From Antedon mediterranea (taxonomy: Eukaryota > Animalia > Echinodermata), in the NCBI RefSeq assembly GCF_964355755.1, contig NC_092678.1, forward strand, positions 23,763,365 to 23,827,364: 64,000 nt of DNA. The letters run 5' to 3'. A program made the translations under genes and the position numbers. Shown piece after piece: positions 23,901-37,109 of the stretch. Under the pieces are notes generated by a model. That model was not told the origin of the DNA. It worked only from the letters and a program-made list of their open reading frames with translations, and did no database searches. Position 1 is the first letter of the stretch, and each line of letters opens with the position of its first letter.

Positions 23901-26900
23901 TAATAAAACACACACAAACAATACTGTATGTCTATAAATCTAATATCCTAAAATGTAATTCTTTATAGATATCTAAACAGTTTTTACGAACCAGTCCACC
24001 AAAGAGGACAAGAAAAAGCAGCGTGTGTTCTGATGACAGCTTCTCAGACACATCAAGTATCATGTCAGATATGAGTGAGGCCTCTACCTCAAGTATTCCA
24101 ATACCAGGACGGAAACGATCTCTACCTGTACCTAAGGTAAGACACCAAAGTTCTTCAAAACCAGCTATTTAATTCTTGTATTTTAGACTGGTCATAGGTG
24201 GTAGGTTAACCCAGCCAAAGTCACTTCAACCTATTTTAGACTGGTCATAGGTGGTAGGTTAACCCAGCCAAAGTCACTTCAACCTATTTTAGACTGGTCA
24301 TAAGTGGTAGGTTAACCCAGCCAAAGTCACATCAACCTATTTTAGACTGGTCATAAGTGGTAGGTTAACCCAGCCAAAGTCACTTCAACCTAGTTTATAG
24401 TCTTCTACCCAGTTTTCATTCAGAAACTAACAGCCTCTAACACCTTTTGAAAAATTCTAATGCAGCAATCAATGTTAGTTCTCTAAAATAGTTATTCCTA
24501 CTTGATTTTAACAGCTTAAAAAATCTGGATTGGCTATGCCAACAAGAACTGCAAGTGAAAGGACAAACGCTTCCAAAGGTAATTACTAATCAGTACAGTA
24601 CTACAGTAAATCTGTTTATACCCAATATTTTTTTTACATACTCTGCTGATATCTGTTTGTTTTAATACATTGGCCCACTGCTTGGTTGATAGTTTCATGA
24701 TTTTGTTATATTTTCAGTTCCATCAAACAAACCCACGTTAATGAAACCGGGTACCTTTCAACGACGAACACTGACTGTGAGCCGAAGTGTAAAGACGGAC
24801 TCAACAACCAAAGGACAGCAACAACCTCTGAAAGCTACCATGTCACTGAAATCTACTAAAAAGACAACACCAAATAATAGCAAAACACAACCAGGTAAGC
24901 TCAGTACATGTTAGGTTAAAGCTCTGTCTACATTATCAAACTAGTTTTACAAATAAAAAGTGTGATGTGCCTAATTTGGTAGTGTTATTCCAAAATACGG
25001 TAGTGATATGACATCATCACATCCATATATGGCCACATCACATTTTTTTGATAGTGTAGACAAGGTTTTAGAGTTATTTAGTTAATATTGTTACAGCTGA
25101 AAGTTAGACCAATAGTTTCACACATTTGCAGTGCTACCTACTCACATTTCTTACTACTTTTATTATGGATGTGTGATTTTTCTTTGTCCCAGGAACAAAA
25201 GATCGCACAAAAATGATTGGAAAAACACCTGAACCAAGCATAAGTAGATGTCCACAACTTAAGAAAGGTAGCCTAAGCACAACACTCCCAGCCACCCCAG
25301 TATTCCAGGAGAAAAGAGTTGTGCCGAAAAGGATCATATCATCTAGTTCAAAATCAGATGCATTGAAAAAGTCAACATCAAGGTACATCAGTCTTGTGAA
25401 TAAAGTTTATTTTTTATTTTTTTAAATTTTATTTCATACTCATCCGCCAATTGCAGGATGGATAAACTATTTAATAATTTCACAAGACAAACATATACAC
25501 AAGATGCTCTACATAAACAAAGACTTATTATTAAGTCTTTGGGAGTGGAGTTGTAATTTGTCATGAGAAAAAAACCCTGACATATGACAGGGCTTGAACC
25601 CAGGACCCTTAGATTGGTAGCCAAGCATCATAACCACCAAGCCACAGCTCCACTACCATTTATATATATTTAATAAAAAAAAAAGATAATGTATAGCGCA
25701 AGATAGATAAGAACGGCTTACTAGTAATCTACCCTAAACTACTTAAAGTCATCCTCTGGTACTCTACCTATATATTATAAATTCACACTGTACAACTACT
25801 TTTAACACAGCACCAGTAGTCCGACATCAGCAATGTCTTTAAGAACGACACCATCAACTCCGTCTGTTACCGTACGTCCTAAGGGGTCGGCTTCAACCAC
25901 TGGTTCTGCACGTCGGCGGTCTGGCATACCTACACCAATGAGGTCAACAACCAAAAGTAGATTCAGCTTTAATAATGTACCACCACCGAGGTAAGTTGTG
26001 AAATATGGTTTATTATGGTGTCTTGTAGAGCTCATTGTCCCATTGTTTGATAGCATTGGTAGGCCTATCGCTAATACCGAAACTAAGTGTTTAAAACATT
26101 AACTTGCTATCCAATCATTGGGAATAGAAACTATATTATTATTTGTGGATAGGCTGAGGGAAGCCTGTATTTACAAAATGTATACACATGAAGCTTGGTT
26201 AACCTCTTGTACCATAATGAAGCAATCATATCATATAATTGAGCATTTCTGTAATCCTAATTACTGTGATTTTATTATTGTTTTTTATTTTTTTATTTAG
26301 TCCACTCCCAATGCGAATGAGCCAAAGTTCAACTAGCAGTAGTGTTTCTGATTCGCCAGTCTCACCAGATGTCATCCAAGAAAGGGCAGCCTTCACCAGA
26401 AAGCAAGAGCAATCTGCATCACCAGTATGCACACATGTGATAGAGAAGAAAGGAAACGAGGAACAGGCTCAAGACCCGCAGCCTCCTGCCACTGGTGATC
26501 TTAACCCAGTGATGTTGGAGATCACCAGTAAGCTAGAGCACTTAGATTCTCCAGTTTTTGAGAATAAAGCAGAGAAGAATGACAAAAGGCATTTGTTTGC
26601 TGCTTCTGGGAATGCTAAGCAACAGCTTAAGTGTGATGTGAAACTTAGTCCAGCTAAAACACCAGTTGTAAGTTAGAATTTAACAGTAAAATAAGAAATT
26701 AAATGTACTTTCATTAGTCACTGATAATGACAGCATTATAGACATCATTTTTTCTACATTTTATTTTATTTTTATTTTATTTTATTTTATTCAATCAAAA
26801 CCAACAGCGATAAATACCGCCACTAACAGGTTTGAAACATAAAACAATACAACATCAAAAACGGTTAACAATAAAATACAGATAAAATATATATATATAA

Positions 26901-29500
26901 ATATAAAACATAGATTGGCATGCCATAAAAAATTTCAATTAAAACAGGTTATGCAGACTGTTCAAGAAGTGAACACATCATCGTCCTCTTAAAATAACCA
27001 AGTCTATCATTAAAAATATCGATATGATTGCTATTTAGATTATTAAATGTATAAGGTAGTCTATGAAAAAGTCCCCTCTTAGTACAGTCGACACGGCTAA
27101 AAGGAATATGCAATAAATGTCTGTTTCGTGTACGACCAGGAACATTTAAACTAAATAGTGAAATTAATGAACAGTCATATTTAGAATTTAAAATATTATA
27201 TAAAAAAAAATTTAAAACTAAACTATAGTATCTTTATTTTATTTTCTTTGTTTTCAGTTAATTGACTTAAATGATAGTAAGTCTTCACAGGTATCTCCAA
27301 ATGTGGCTAACTTGATTAAGTTTGGTGACACTCCCGAGGCAAAGGAAGTAAGTTATCAATAATACCAATAGATGTTGTAAATTATTTCATGTCAAATGGT
27401 CATAATGATCTTGTAAAATTCTCAGCTCCTGTTTAAATACATTATTAGTTATCCGCTTGGTATACCAAGCGGATAACTCCTTGTTATTGTATGAGATCAA
27501 CAGTTTTTTTCTGTATTATTCTTCTTTCCATCCTTCCTTTTTGTGGATCGCGTTTCTCTAAAATGTGTAAACATAACATTTCATAACTTTGACAACATAT
27601 GGGCATTTACGTGAAGTTGTGCACCTCCTATTTTTAAATGACGTCATAGTTGCGCAACGTAACTTACGCGCAATTTTATGAATTTCAATGATTGATCATA
27701 GATTAAAAACTAAAAGTCATTTAGTATTGACACTTTGACAAAATTTAAGTCATATCAGGGGCAAACTTTCTACGGATTAAAAATGGCATGTTTCACAAGA
27801 AGTTACGCGCGCACGCGCATTTAAAATTTCAAAATGCGCAAAATTAATTTCTAATCAACTTTTTATGCGTTTCTTGTCATTTTGAGCATGTCAAAAATTC
27901 CCACGGGCGCGCAATTTTTTACGCACGCGGTGCGCACGTAGCGTTAAAAACATATTTTTTTCCCTTGAATCATATTTTTCAAGCCTTTCCTAGTAATTTT
28001 GAAAACAATTTAGACCTTTTCCAATTTAAATAACGCCATACGAACACGTTGAATTAAACATTTCATGCGCGTTTTTTATGAAAAAGCTTAAAAAATCGTC
28101 AAAATTATGTCTTTTTTTAAACAGTCATAGTTTCTAAAGTAAACCGTGAACCGTTTATTTTTATTACAAAATCTAGAAGTTGATGAGTTGTAGATATCGG
28201 ATCATGCATCGATAAGGCTAAAAAAACATTGTGACGTCATCGTATGGCCACACGAATGTAAAATATAGGATTTTTGTCTCTTTCGTTATTGCTCATCACA
28301 TTCAATGGAGCGCATCACGCTTATCTGTATTCCTTTTTCTCCTACATTTATATATTGTGTAGGTCAATCAACTTTCTTTAGCATGAGATAAAAATATTTT
28401 AATTTTTATGACGTCATCATGCCTAAAAATTTTAATTACGTGGGTCATTAATTTCATCTTTACAGTAAATTTTAATCTGTAATAGCTCGTAAGAATAAAA
28501 TGTGATAATCACGATTAAAACGTTTTATGGAAGCAATTGGATTGTAGATACGAATTCATGTAAACATTTTGCCAATCGGATGTTGTGACGTCATCATATG
28601 GCCAGTTGAATAAAAAAAGTCGTATTTTCATATTTTGCGTAATAGTTCATCACATTTAAAAGGGTGCGCATCTATATTTTACGTATTCAAATTTCTTCTA
28701 CACGTTAATATGTTGTTCCTGAGATAATTTCCTTCTAAAATTGCTATCTAAGTGTTTCATTTTGATACCGTCGCCATGTTAAAAATTGGAATAAATGGCG
28801 GGTCCCGTAATTTCACCTATTCTACACTGTATGTAATATGTATACAGATTATACTGTTTGCATGTATATACTATATGACACAAAATTGACAGAATTCAGC
28901 ACTAACAGCATATCATATTCTTCAGTTCTTGTCATAATGCCATAATCTTTATCTGTGTGCAATATTCCAACGTGCACGTGGCGTTTGTCGTGGTGCGGAT
29001 AACTAACTCGTCAAAGTGACGAGTTTCATGTCTAGTGTAGGTTTAGGTTTGTTGATGTCATTTCCTATATGGAGTCTTTAAACATTTTCTAAAGCTTGGT
29101 TCCCACTAGAACGTAACGCAAGGACGTAAACGCAACGCAAGCATTTTAACCAATCACAAGCGAAGTTATAGACAGTTAGCAATCACAAGCGAATAAGCCA
29201 ATGCTTGTGATTGGTCGATTCACTTGCGTTGCTAGTGGGAACCACGCTTTAAGCCTTATACATCTTTCATATTCACAAATGTTGCTGTCTATCAAATTTC
29301 TAGTTGACTTACACATGGAGACATTTGTTCTTCTTGTTTGGCGCTTGTAAGCCAGTAAATTATATTGCATGACACATGTTTTTATAAGCAAGCATTATTC
29401 ACTTTCCTACTATTTCTATATAACATGACTGTTGTTTTTTTATCAGCTTATGAAAACCCTTCCAGTAAGTGAAAAAGAAAATCTATTGATTGTCATCTAG
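20936..29500 (+). CDS. GTSE1: G2 and S phase-expressed protein 1-like (microtubule plus-end/clathrin-binding)
   Basis: Exons about 20936-20957, 21051-21203, 21496-21570, 22877-22931, 23105-23708, 23969-24136, further exons to 26667, 27258-27347, 29447-29500. GTSE1-N motif DIPLVENEQFDFDLSLS..EDEVFFGPVNHREKC, SxIP motifs (SSIP, SGIP), C-terminal LIDL/LIKF clathrin-box-like motifs. Confidence 0.8.
24181..24392. repeat. Tandem repeat, 4 x 53 bp
   Basis: Unit TTTTAGACTGGTCATA(G/A)GTGGTAGGTTAACCCAGCCAAAGTCAC(T/A)TCAACCTA starts at 24181, 24234, 24287, 24340. Confidence 0.95.
24917..25070. mobile_element. MITE family A (PIF/Harbinger-like), representative copy
   Basis: TIR AGCTCTGTCTACACTATCAAAC...GTTTGATAGTGTAGACAGAGCT flanked by TAA/TTA. 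Other copies at about 29637-29759, 35318-35480, 41653-41792, 43808-43965, 52607-52776, 57333-57492. Eroded copies at 6857-6972 and 11025-11145 lie in homologous ALDH introns, so that insertion predates the duplication. Confidence 0.75.
25570..25653 (-). mobile_element. tRNA-derived SINE head
   Basis: Minus strand has A-box TGGCTTGGTGG and B-box GGTTCAAGCCC followed by a T-run. No good acceptor stem. Confidence 0.55.
26757..27210 (-). mobile_element. 5'-truncated LINE (CR1/L2/Jockey group) 3' fragment
   Basis: Minus-strand open remnant FLYNILNSKYDC..FSLNVPGRTRNRHLLHIP..FHRLPYTFNNL..DIF resembles an ORF2 C-terminus, followed by an (AATAA)n tail. Confidence 0.65.
27442..29036 (+). mobile_element. 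Non-autonomous Helentron/Helitron2 (HINE/DINE-like) element in a GTSE1 intron
   Basis: 5' sub-TIR TTAGTTATCCGC inside hairpin AGTTATCCGCTTGG-TATA-CCAAGCGGATAACT, a pyrimidine microsatellite, internal ~350 bp repeats, 3' sub-TIR GCGGATAACTAA, stem-loop ACTCGTCA-AAG-TGACGAGT, end CTAGT. A related eroded copy lies at about 48060-48300. Confidence 0.7.
29090..29251. mobile_element. MITE family B (Harbinger-like)
   Basis: TIR AGCTTGGTTCCCACTAG...CTAGTGGGAACCACGCT with TWA flanks. Related copies at about 58809-58870 and 61955-62111. Confidence 0.7.
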
Positions 29501-32043
29501 GAAATGCGAGCATATGATGATGTGTCATCAGTTTTAACAGATCATTACACAGAGTTTTAATTTCGGTACTAAAGCCCATACAAGTACCATGATTCAGGTA
29601 CTGTATGTTTTGAATCTATTATAGTATTTTATGACCTTAAGCTCTGTCTACACTATTGAACTAGTTTGAAAAAAAAAGTGTGATATGCCCCAATATAGTA
29701 GTGATATGGGCATCACATTTTTGTGTCACAAAAAGTTTGATAGTGTAGACAAGGCTTTAGATTATCAAAACTGTGTTGGCAAAGAATGACTCCATATCTA
29801 TTACAATGATTGATTTGTTGTTTCAACTAGGTGGGATCCTCTAAATAATATTCTGGCATCCTCTCATATTTCAAAAAAATGTTTCCCAGTACTGTATACG
29901 CCTCTCAACATAAAATCACTATGCTTTCATTACAACAGATTGTAATCTTTTTTAGGATATAAATATACGATTGCATTTGTAAAGCATGTTCATTATTTTG
30001 AATTAATTAAACATTTTATGTATTTCAATAAATTAAAATCATGTAAATATTGTAAAATGTGTCTTTAAAAATGATATGATGAATATATAACTAATTTACT
30101 ACTATAGAATATTCCTTAATATCAGTAATTTTTTTAAAATGTCCGATGAAAAATTACTAATGTTTCTGCGGTTACTTTATTTTAGTCATTGCGTCAGTCA
30201 ACCGGATCATTCAGTTCTTGTTCATGTAGTTACATTAGGACAGTGGAAACTTCAATAAAAAATGAAGTCATTTCAACAATTCTTAACTTAGATTTATAAC
30301 AGTAACTTAAATATTATGTAATAATTACTTACTAAAACTATTCCATTTTATAGATAGGTATAATACATATAAATTTACCAAATTTTAAATTGAATATATT
30401 GTAGAATACAAAGAATAATTATGGCTGGTATAAAGTCATTCATTTTTGTATTTATATAGTATTAGTTTTTTTGTAGCACAGTGTAAACCGAGCATTAGCG
30501 TTCTTCAAGTTGTTTAATAACGTAGTTATTATTTTTTTAGTGTGAATCGGTTCTTATTTTTTTCTCTAGTTATCAATTGCAATACAATATATCTTGATAA
30601 ACAAAATGTGATTAATATTTGTTCGTATTTTCCATTTTTATTTTACATATGTGTGCAGACTTAATCTTTGTGTATATACATACATACAATGTTTGCAGAA
30701 CTTGTGATTATAGTATCTTGATGACGTATTAAATCGTGTCACATGTCACACATGTATCTAACGTATCTTGTCAGTTTTTAAAGAATAATCAATCTGCTAT
30801 ATTTGGCACAATGACGCAACACAAGCACGTACGCGCAGCGCACGAGATGGCAGTGACGGATGATCCAAAAACTCCCCATTATTCATTTAAACCGTTTTTG
30901 CATCGTATTGAAAAAATAATGAAACCGTTTGCGATTTAAATCGTTCGATTTAGTTCTATTTTTAAAAAGTAACCCTCGTGCGACAATTATAAATTAATTT
31001 GCAAGATTTGCCATAGAATTAGGTCAATTAGGGTCAAAGATATCGATCATGACAGCAGCGTTTTGCAGGTCATTCGTAGAAACAAAGTCATGGTTTGTTA
31101 AAACGAATCATATTAGAAAAATCGTTACTATATTGTTATTATTTTTGTTTTATTATTACTTATTAAACTACAGTATAGTGTATGATTATGTATGACATAT
31201 CATAACAGATGCTTTTGTCATTGTAGACATGCGCAGATTAATAATAAAAAATTACGTCGTTGATAGAACCAGGGAGTTGTCATTAATTGCTAATAACAAC
31301 TCCCTGATAGAACGTACTTCAGTCTCCTACAGTATCAGGGAGTTGTTATTGCTAATAACACTCCCTGCTCCTACTAACATTGACTGCAGTGAACTTGTAA
31401 CATTTTCATTTTCTTTTTATATCAGAAAGTGGAAAACTTTTAGTTGAATTGAAGTAAGTGAAATGGTATATATCTATTTTAGGTACAGTTCATTTCTTTC
31501 ATCTTTATACAAAAGCCACAAGAAGCGAATGTCACTCTAAATGGAGTTTAACCAGAACCTTGCGGAGACCGGGATTCTTATGATAACAATCATAAGAACG
31601 ATAACAATGTTACGCCTATGTGTGCCCTTAATTCAGACGTGCTTAATTCCTATCTGTAGCCTTTCTAAAATTCAATATATCATAGATCCAAGATAATTGC
31701 ATGTTTCCTTAATATGCAATTATAATACCAAATGTAGAGAGTTGACATAAACAAAATAACAAAAACAAGACACATACTATTTATATACTTTACTACTTAA
31801 AATGTAATCTAAGCTATATGATACAATTGCGTAGAAAATAAACTAAAAAGTGCTGACTTCAATTTTAAAATATATTAATTGATAAAACTTCTAATTATAC
31901 AAATTGCTGTCAAAGAACAGCGCCTCACAGCAATCACGTGATCAAGCGTAGAAAGCAGACGATTGTGTCTTTAATTATGTTTATTATTTTAAATATATTT
32001 TCTATCATTTCATACAAAAGAAACGTATTTCTAACCGTTCTTA

Positions 32044-32202
32044 AGCCGATTTTCCACTAGGCGAATTTGTTCGCGCGAATCGAACGCGCCAGCTTGTACG
32101 CATGTGTATTCATGTTTACGTCTTCCAAATCCTTCTCTACGCATGCGTATTAGCTGACGCCTTCGATTCGCGCGAACAAATTCGCCTAGTGGAAAATCGG
32201 CT
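32044..32202. mobile_element. MITE family C (Harbinger-like), near-perfect palindrome
   Basis: TIR AGCCGATTTTCCACTAGGCGAATTTGTTCGCGCGAATCGAA with perfect TTA TSD (32041-32043, 32203-32205). Confidence 0.85.
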
Positions 32203-32730
32203 TTACATCCTTCTATATGACATATATTACTTTTACCTCATTCCATGTTTCGTCAAGACATTGACCACCTAAAATTACGCACTGTATTATCTTGTAATTA
32301 TCAAACTAAAAAAACAACTTATATACTAGACTTGCCTTACTTTAGAAGGAATGTGGTGCTTTGACTTGTTTTTCAAAAATTAAATCATTCAAGTGTAGGC
32401 CTATATTTGATGATTAAAGATTCCGCAATAACGTTTTTTATTTTATCAATAATCACGTGTTATGATATTATATAGCCTCATCACGGAGAAACAAAATCTA
32501 TAAAGATGGCCTTTATTTATTAAACCATAATATACAGTTGGTCTAAGCATGGAGGTAACATTTTTACCTCCATGGTCTGAGTTTCGACATTTTGATCGTT
32601 ACTCGCAGGCTATTCTACTTTTTAGGCTACAATATCCAAAATGACGACAAACATTTTTTTCTATTTGCAAAAGGGGAATTATTTTGTTGAATGAAGCTTT
32701 TCAGTGAAATCATCAAAAATCATCAAAACA

Positions 32731-35700
32731 TCAGAATAAAATAGAAACCAGGAACGAGACAATTAGTGTAATCAACCCAAGATGTGTTATTTTATTTGCC
32801 GTATTGGGTTTTGGTAGTTTACCAAAGTCACTTTCAATAAGCTTCGCTGGGTCCTTTCGTTTCGCCTTCGTTTCTGATGCTGGCGGGCATGAGTACTCAT
32901 CTCCCAGTTTTACAATGTCCTTTCCGAACTCTGTCCGAACAACATCCATACTTAGTTCTGTAAGATCGATTGCAGCCGATTGATAGTTAACCTCCATAGG
33001 AGCTTGTTTAACCGAGGAAAGGCTGTCATTTAACATGAAGATGTAGTAATTGTGCTTCCTTATCGTTGTAAATTTACACGAAGACCCTGTGTTTACTGGT
33101 GCTAGCTCGATTGCCGCTTGTCTCACTTTGTTGAACACTCCATGAAATGGACAGGTAACCAACACTTTGGCTGTGTAATATTGAGGTATATATATCACGG
33201 TGTTGTTCCTGTAGTCTTCTCTGGTTTCTGTACTTGGAACCAAATTGGTCTGCAATGAAAAAAAAACCGCAAGTAATGATTAATTGGAACTTTCAAAACA
33301 GTTTAGAGAAATAGTTTTGAAGTAAATAAAAGAAGTTTTAGTAACAAAAAACAATTTAAAGAATTTTCTAGTTAAAAGGAACCATAACACTACAATTTCC
33401 CCAAATCAAGGTGCAGTATCAAGGTGCAGTATTCACCCCCACAACCACACACAACACAGTCGACATCATTACCTCTCAGCGACCCCTGCTACAGAAATTG
33501 AAACCTGTTAACAATGCCCTTGGTATACATTTTACATGGCTTGTCTTTGTGTCGTATGTTGGTTAAATCCATATGTTTCAGTGAATTCTGATTAACTTTC
33601 TTTCGATCTCCATTGGATACCTTATGTTACTACAGCAGCAGTCAACCGCATGCAAAGGTTTGATGTCTAATTAAGCAAAGTTATTTGAAAACACGTCGAA
33701 TGATGATTCGTGTGAAAGTTTCGGATTTGGCATCTAGGCTAATTATAGACATAGACTATTTTTTCACAAAAAGGCATTTCTTAAATGTCTTCCTTGGATA
33801 ATAAGGTAAGATGTTACAACACGTTTAAAATAGGTGCTTTAAGAAAAAACATTTAAAATACTAAAACATGATACAAAATATTGCATCATCAAAAACAAAA
33901 AACTGTTCTCGAATTTTGAATTTTCACCTAACACTTTTGGTGACTCAGGGTTAAACAATATGAATGAACGACGTATTGAAGAGCTAAACGTGCTGAAATA
34001 GACAACACCTCATACCAGCCCCTTCAATTGACCTTCAAAGCAGACTCGTGAATTTATAATTATGATATGTCAAACTCAAGCTGTTAAGATCATTCGTATA
34101 GAATATCATACTTATTTTGACCTATTTATATAAGAATGAAAAATATAATGGTATGTTGTATTCTGACTTTTGTCTTTCCTCTCTGTATAAATTTGGAAAA
34201 CTTTCCAATATTTTAATTTTTTTTTCCGAAGATGTTTTACTCTTGTGCGTCGAATGTAAGCCTATTCATTTGGATATGTTTGATGTTTGTATGATGGAAT
34301 TGATTACTGTTATAAATTACTTAAAATTCATCAATTTACATTTTAAATAATTTGGAAATCCAACATACACTATTCAGTCTTTTCGTTCGTATCAATAAAA
34401 AAAAGTAAGCACCACACATTTAGCGAGGTGATTGGTTAAAATTGAGAGTAGGAAACCAGAACAATTTGAATCACGATTGAGCCCGAAGTGACAACAGAAA
34501 GTATGTCGGACAAGAGGTGAAACGAGAAAACAACATTTGAAAAAAGTTTGAACTGAGGCTTTTACGTGAATGCTTCTTTTAAAACGTTACATCTACCAGG
34601 GAAAAAAATATTGACAATGGTTGGACTAAAATCAAACACCCACGCAGTGCACTTTGATGAAATTAATGAAAACAAACTTTACATCAACAGACAATAAACA
34701 GCAAGCAAAGTCCGCCAAAAGTTGTCAACAACTGTGAAGCGGAAAAAAAATATTTAAAAAGATAAATTTATTTCTAAATCTTTGGAGAAGTATCAATGAT
34801 TCTAGCACGCACGTACAGTAGCTAAATACTCACCAAGGAGATGCAAACAAAATTGTATGTTCTCAATCAATCAGTCAATATTCATCATTTATTTTCTTCA
34901 ATTTAAAACAGTATACACAATGGTGTTTTTCATAAATTAATAGAAACCTAGTAAAAACGACGAAACTTGTTAATAATTAACAAAAAACACCGTAAGCACC
35001 AACTGTGTTGTGGCTGATGTAGACACGGTATACACAATGAGCTCTCTACAATGTGTGGTGGGTTTCAACCTCCAGTGGAGACGTGTTTGTTTTGGCGGTC
35101 ATTCACGTCTAACATTTGTAATTAGTAAAAAATTTAAAATAAATCATAAAATCAGCAACAGCAAATGTACAGTATAAACAAATCTAGCTACAGAATACAC
35201 TAATATTGGTTAATTAATATGGCTTTGTTGGGACGTGGAAACGGTCACTTCATGAACAGACGTAGGACCTTGCACGTAGCCATATTGATTAAGAAATAGG
35301 ATCAAACTCTGTGATGTTTTAAGCTCTGTCTACACTATCTAACTAGTTTGACAAAAAAAGTGTGATGTGCCCAGATATGCTAGTGATATGCCCAAAATGG
35401 TAGTGATATGACATCATCATGTCCATATATGGGCAAATCACATTTTTGTCACATAATGTTTGATAGTGTAGACAGAGAGATTAAGTAAAGATTGAAACCG
35501 AGAAAGTCTCCAAGTTTTGTGATGAGTAAGTCGTCTGGTTGATCATTACTGGCGTAAGTGAACGATGAGTCAGGGGGTAGTGTTTTATGCATGCTGTTTC
35601 TAGTAACTCTCGGTTGCTAAAATGCAGCTGTTGGGGGAGATAAACAACTCAAAACCTAAATAATAATAATATTGTGAACTAGACATGTTATTTTGTATAT

Positions 35701-37109
35701 TTTAAGTTAATAAATAACCCTATGTCATGACGTCGGTTGGCTTTTATTTGAGTTCAACATCCGATTTTCTTAACATTATTTTTCAGAGTTGTCGAAAAAA
35801 GGTTACTCAAAACCTAAATAATAATACTCTTGTGAACTAGACATATTATTTTGTACTGTATATTTTAAGTAAATAAATAGCCCTCTGTCATGATATCGGT
35901 TGGCTTTTATTTGAGTTCAACGTTCGATTTCTTAACATTATTTTTCAGAGTTGTCGAAAAAAGGTTACTAATGTCTTTAAAGTAATGTCCCAAATTCTTC
36001 TCGATATCAACAACAGATGTGAGACATGATTATATTGTATTCTTAACTAATAAATCATATTGATGACAAGAACTTTTGATACATAATGACGTCAAACGTC
36101 TGAACTTTAGCTTTCCCAGGCTTATCATAATAATCACATTTACGGATATAACGAATGATGAATTACATAGCTCTCAAAGTAACATGGGCATTGCTTCTTT
36201 TTGAAGAACATATTTCTCTTACAGCTACGGTTTTTTGAAAACTCAGACCATGATGGGTGAAAGTTTGAGATTAGGTTCGAGAGTTTTCCATGCAAAAGAC
36301 AACGCACATGTGTTGGTAATAACTCATCTAATACCATTTTTTTAAATCTGTTGAATCCAGGTTCGTCATGAACGATTATCCTACAAAATTATTGTAGGCC
36401 TGAAATAAATGTTAGCAATGGTCTTTACACGAGATATACAGGAGAATATCGATTCTCTGCGAGAGAATGAAGGAGATAATAAGTGGGGCACAAGAGAGTG
36501 AATACCATTTCTCTAATATTATATACGATTCCGCCTATAATGCATATATTTGAACATACGACAGAAACAGGAAGGTGCTCCTCTATCAATCTGCAGCAGC
36601 AGAATTGACCTTTTCGAAGTTTTTGATTAATAATGTTTAATCTTTTAATGCCAGCGTTTAATTGAAAATTATAAAAGAATTACAAGATCGAATTTATTTT
36701 TGTAGTAATTCAAGATAATTATTTAGTTGATTGACATTTTAAAACCCATGGGTTCTCTTTTGATCCACAAAAATAGGTGAGTCAAATCTAATCTAATCAA
36801 ATCAAATAGTCGATGAACGGGGTACGAACATTTGTAAATTTCCATACGCTCATAATAACACAAGTTTGTATCTTAAATAGTAACAGGCATATACCTATTT
36901 GATCTACCATTTAAACACATTTCTGTAGACCTAGAAAACTATGCAATAATACTTACCACATAGCCCAGAATGACAGTGTTAGCTGCGGTTAATCTGTCTT
37001 TTAATGGTAGTTCTGTCCAGTCCCTAGGAAACATACACGAATCAACATCTTCCACAATTAATATTACCGAAATCAAAGCAAAACAAAATAACGTAAGATA
37101 CTTCGTCAT
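32731..37109 (-). CDS. Secreted CCDC3/favine-N-domain protein with C-terminal GPI-signal/TM, 223 aa
   Basis: Exons 36957-37109 and 32731-33249 (phase 0). Signal peptide MTKYLTLFCFALISVILIVEDVDS, then CMFPRDWTELP..AANTVILGYV..YYTAKVLVTC..GSSCKFTTI..YYIFML..PMEVNYQSAAI..YSC, ending in hydrophobic LGLITLIVSFLVSILF*. Confidence 0.7.
35647..35969. repeat. Tandem duplication of about 160 bp
   Basis: 35647-35807 is nearly identical to 35805-35969. Confidence 0.9.

Noticed and set aside
24181-24392. CRISPR-like array
   Set aside because: Head-to-tail 53-bp units with no unique spacers, in a eukaryotic intron.
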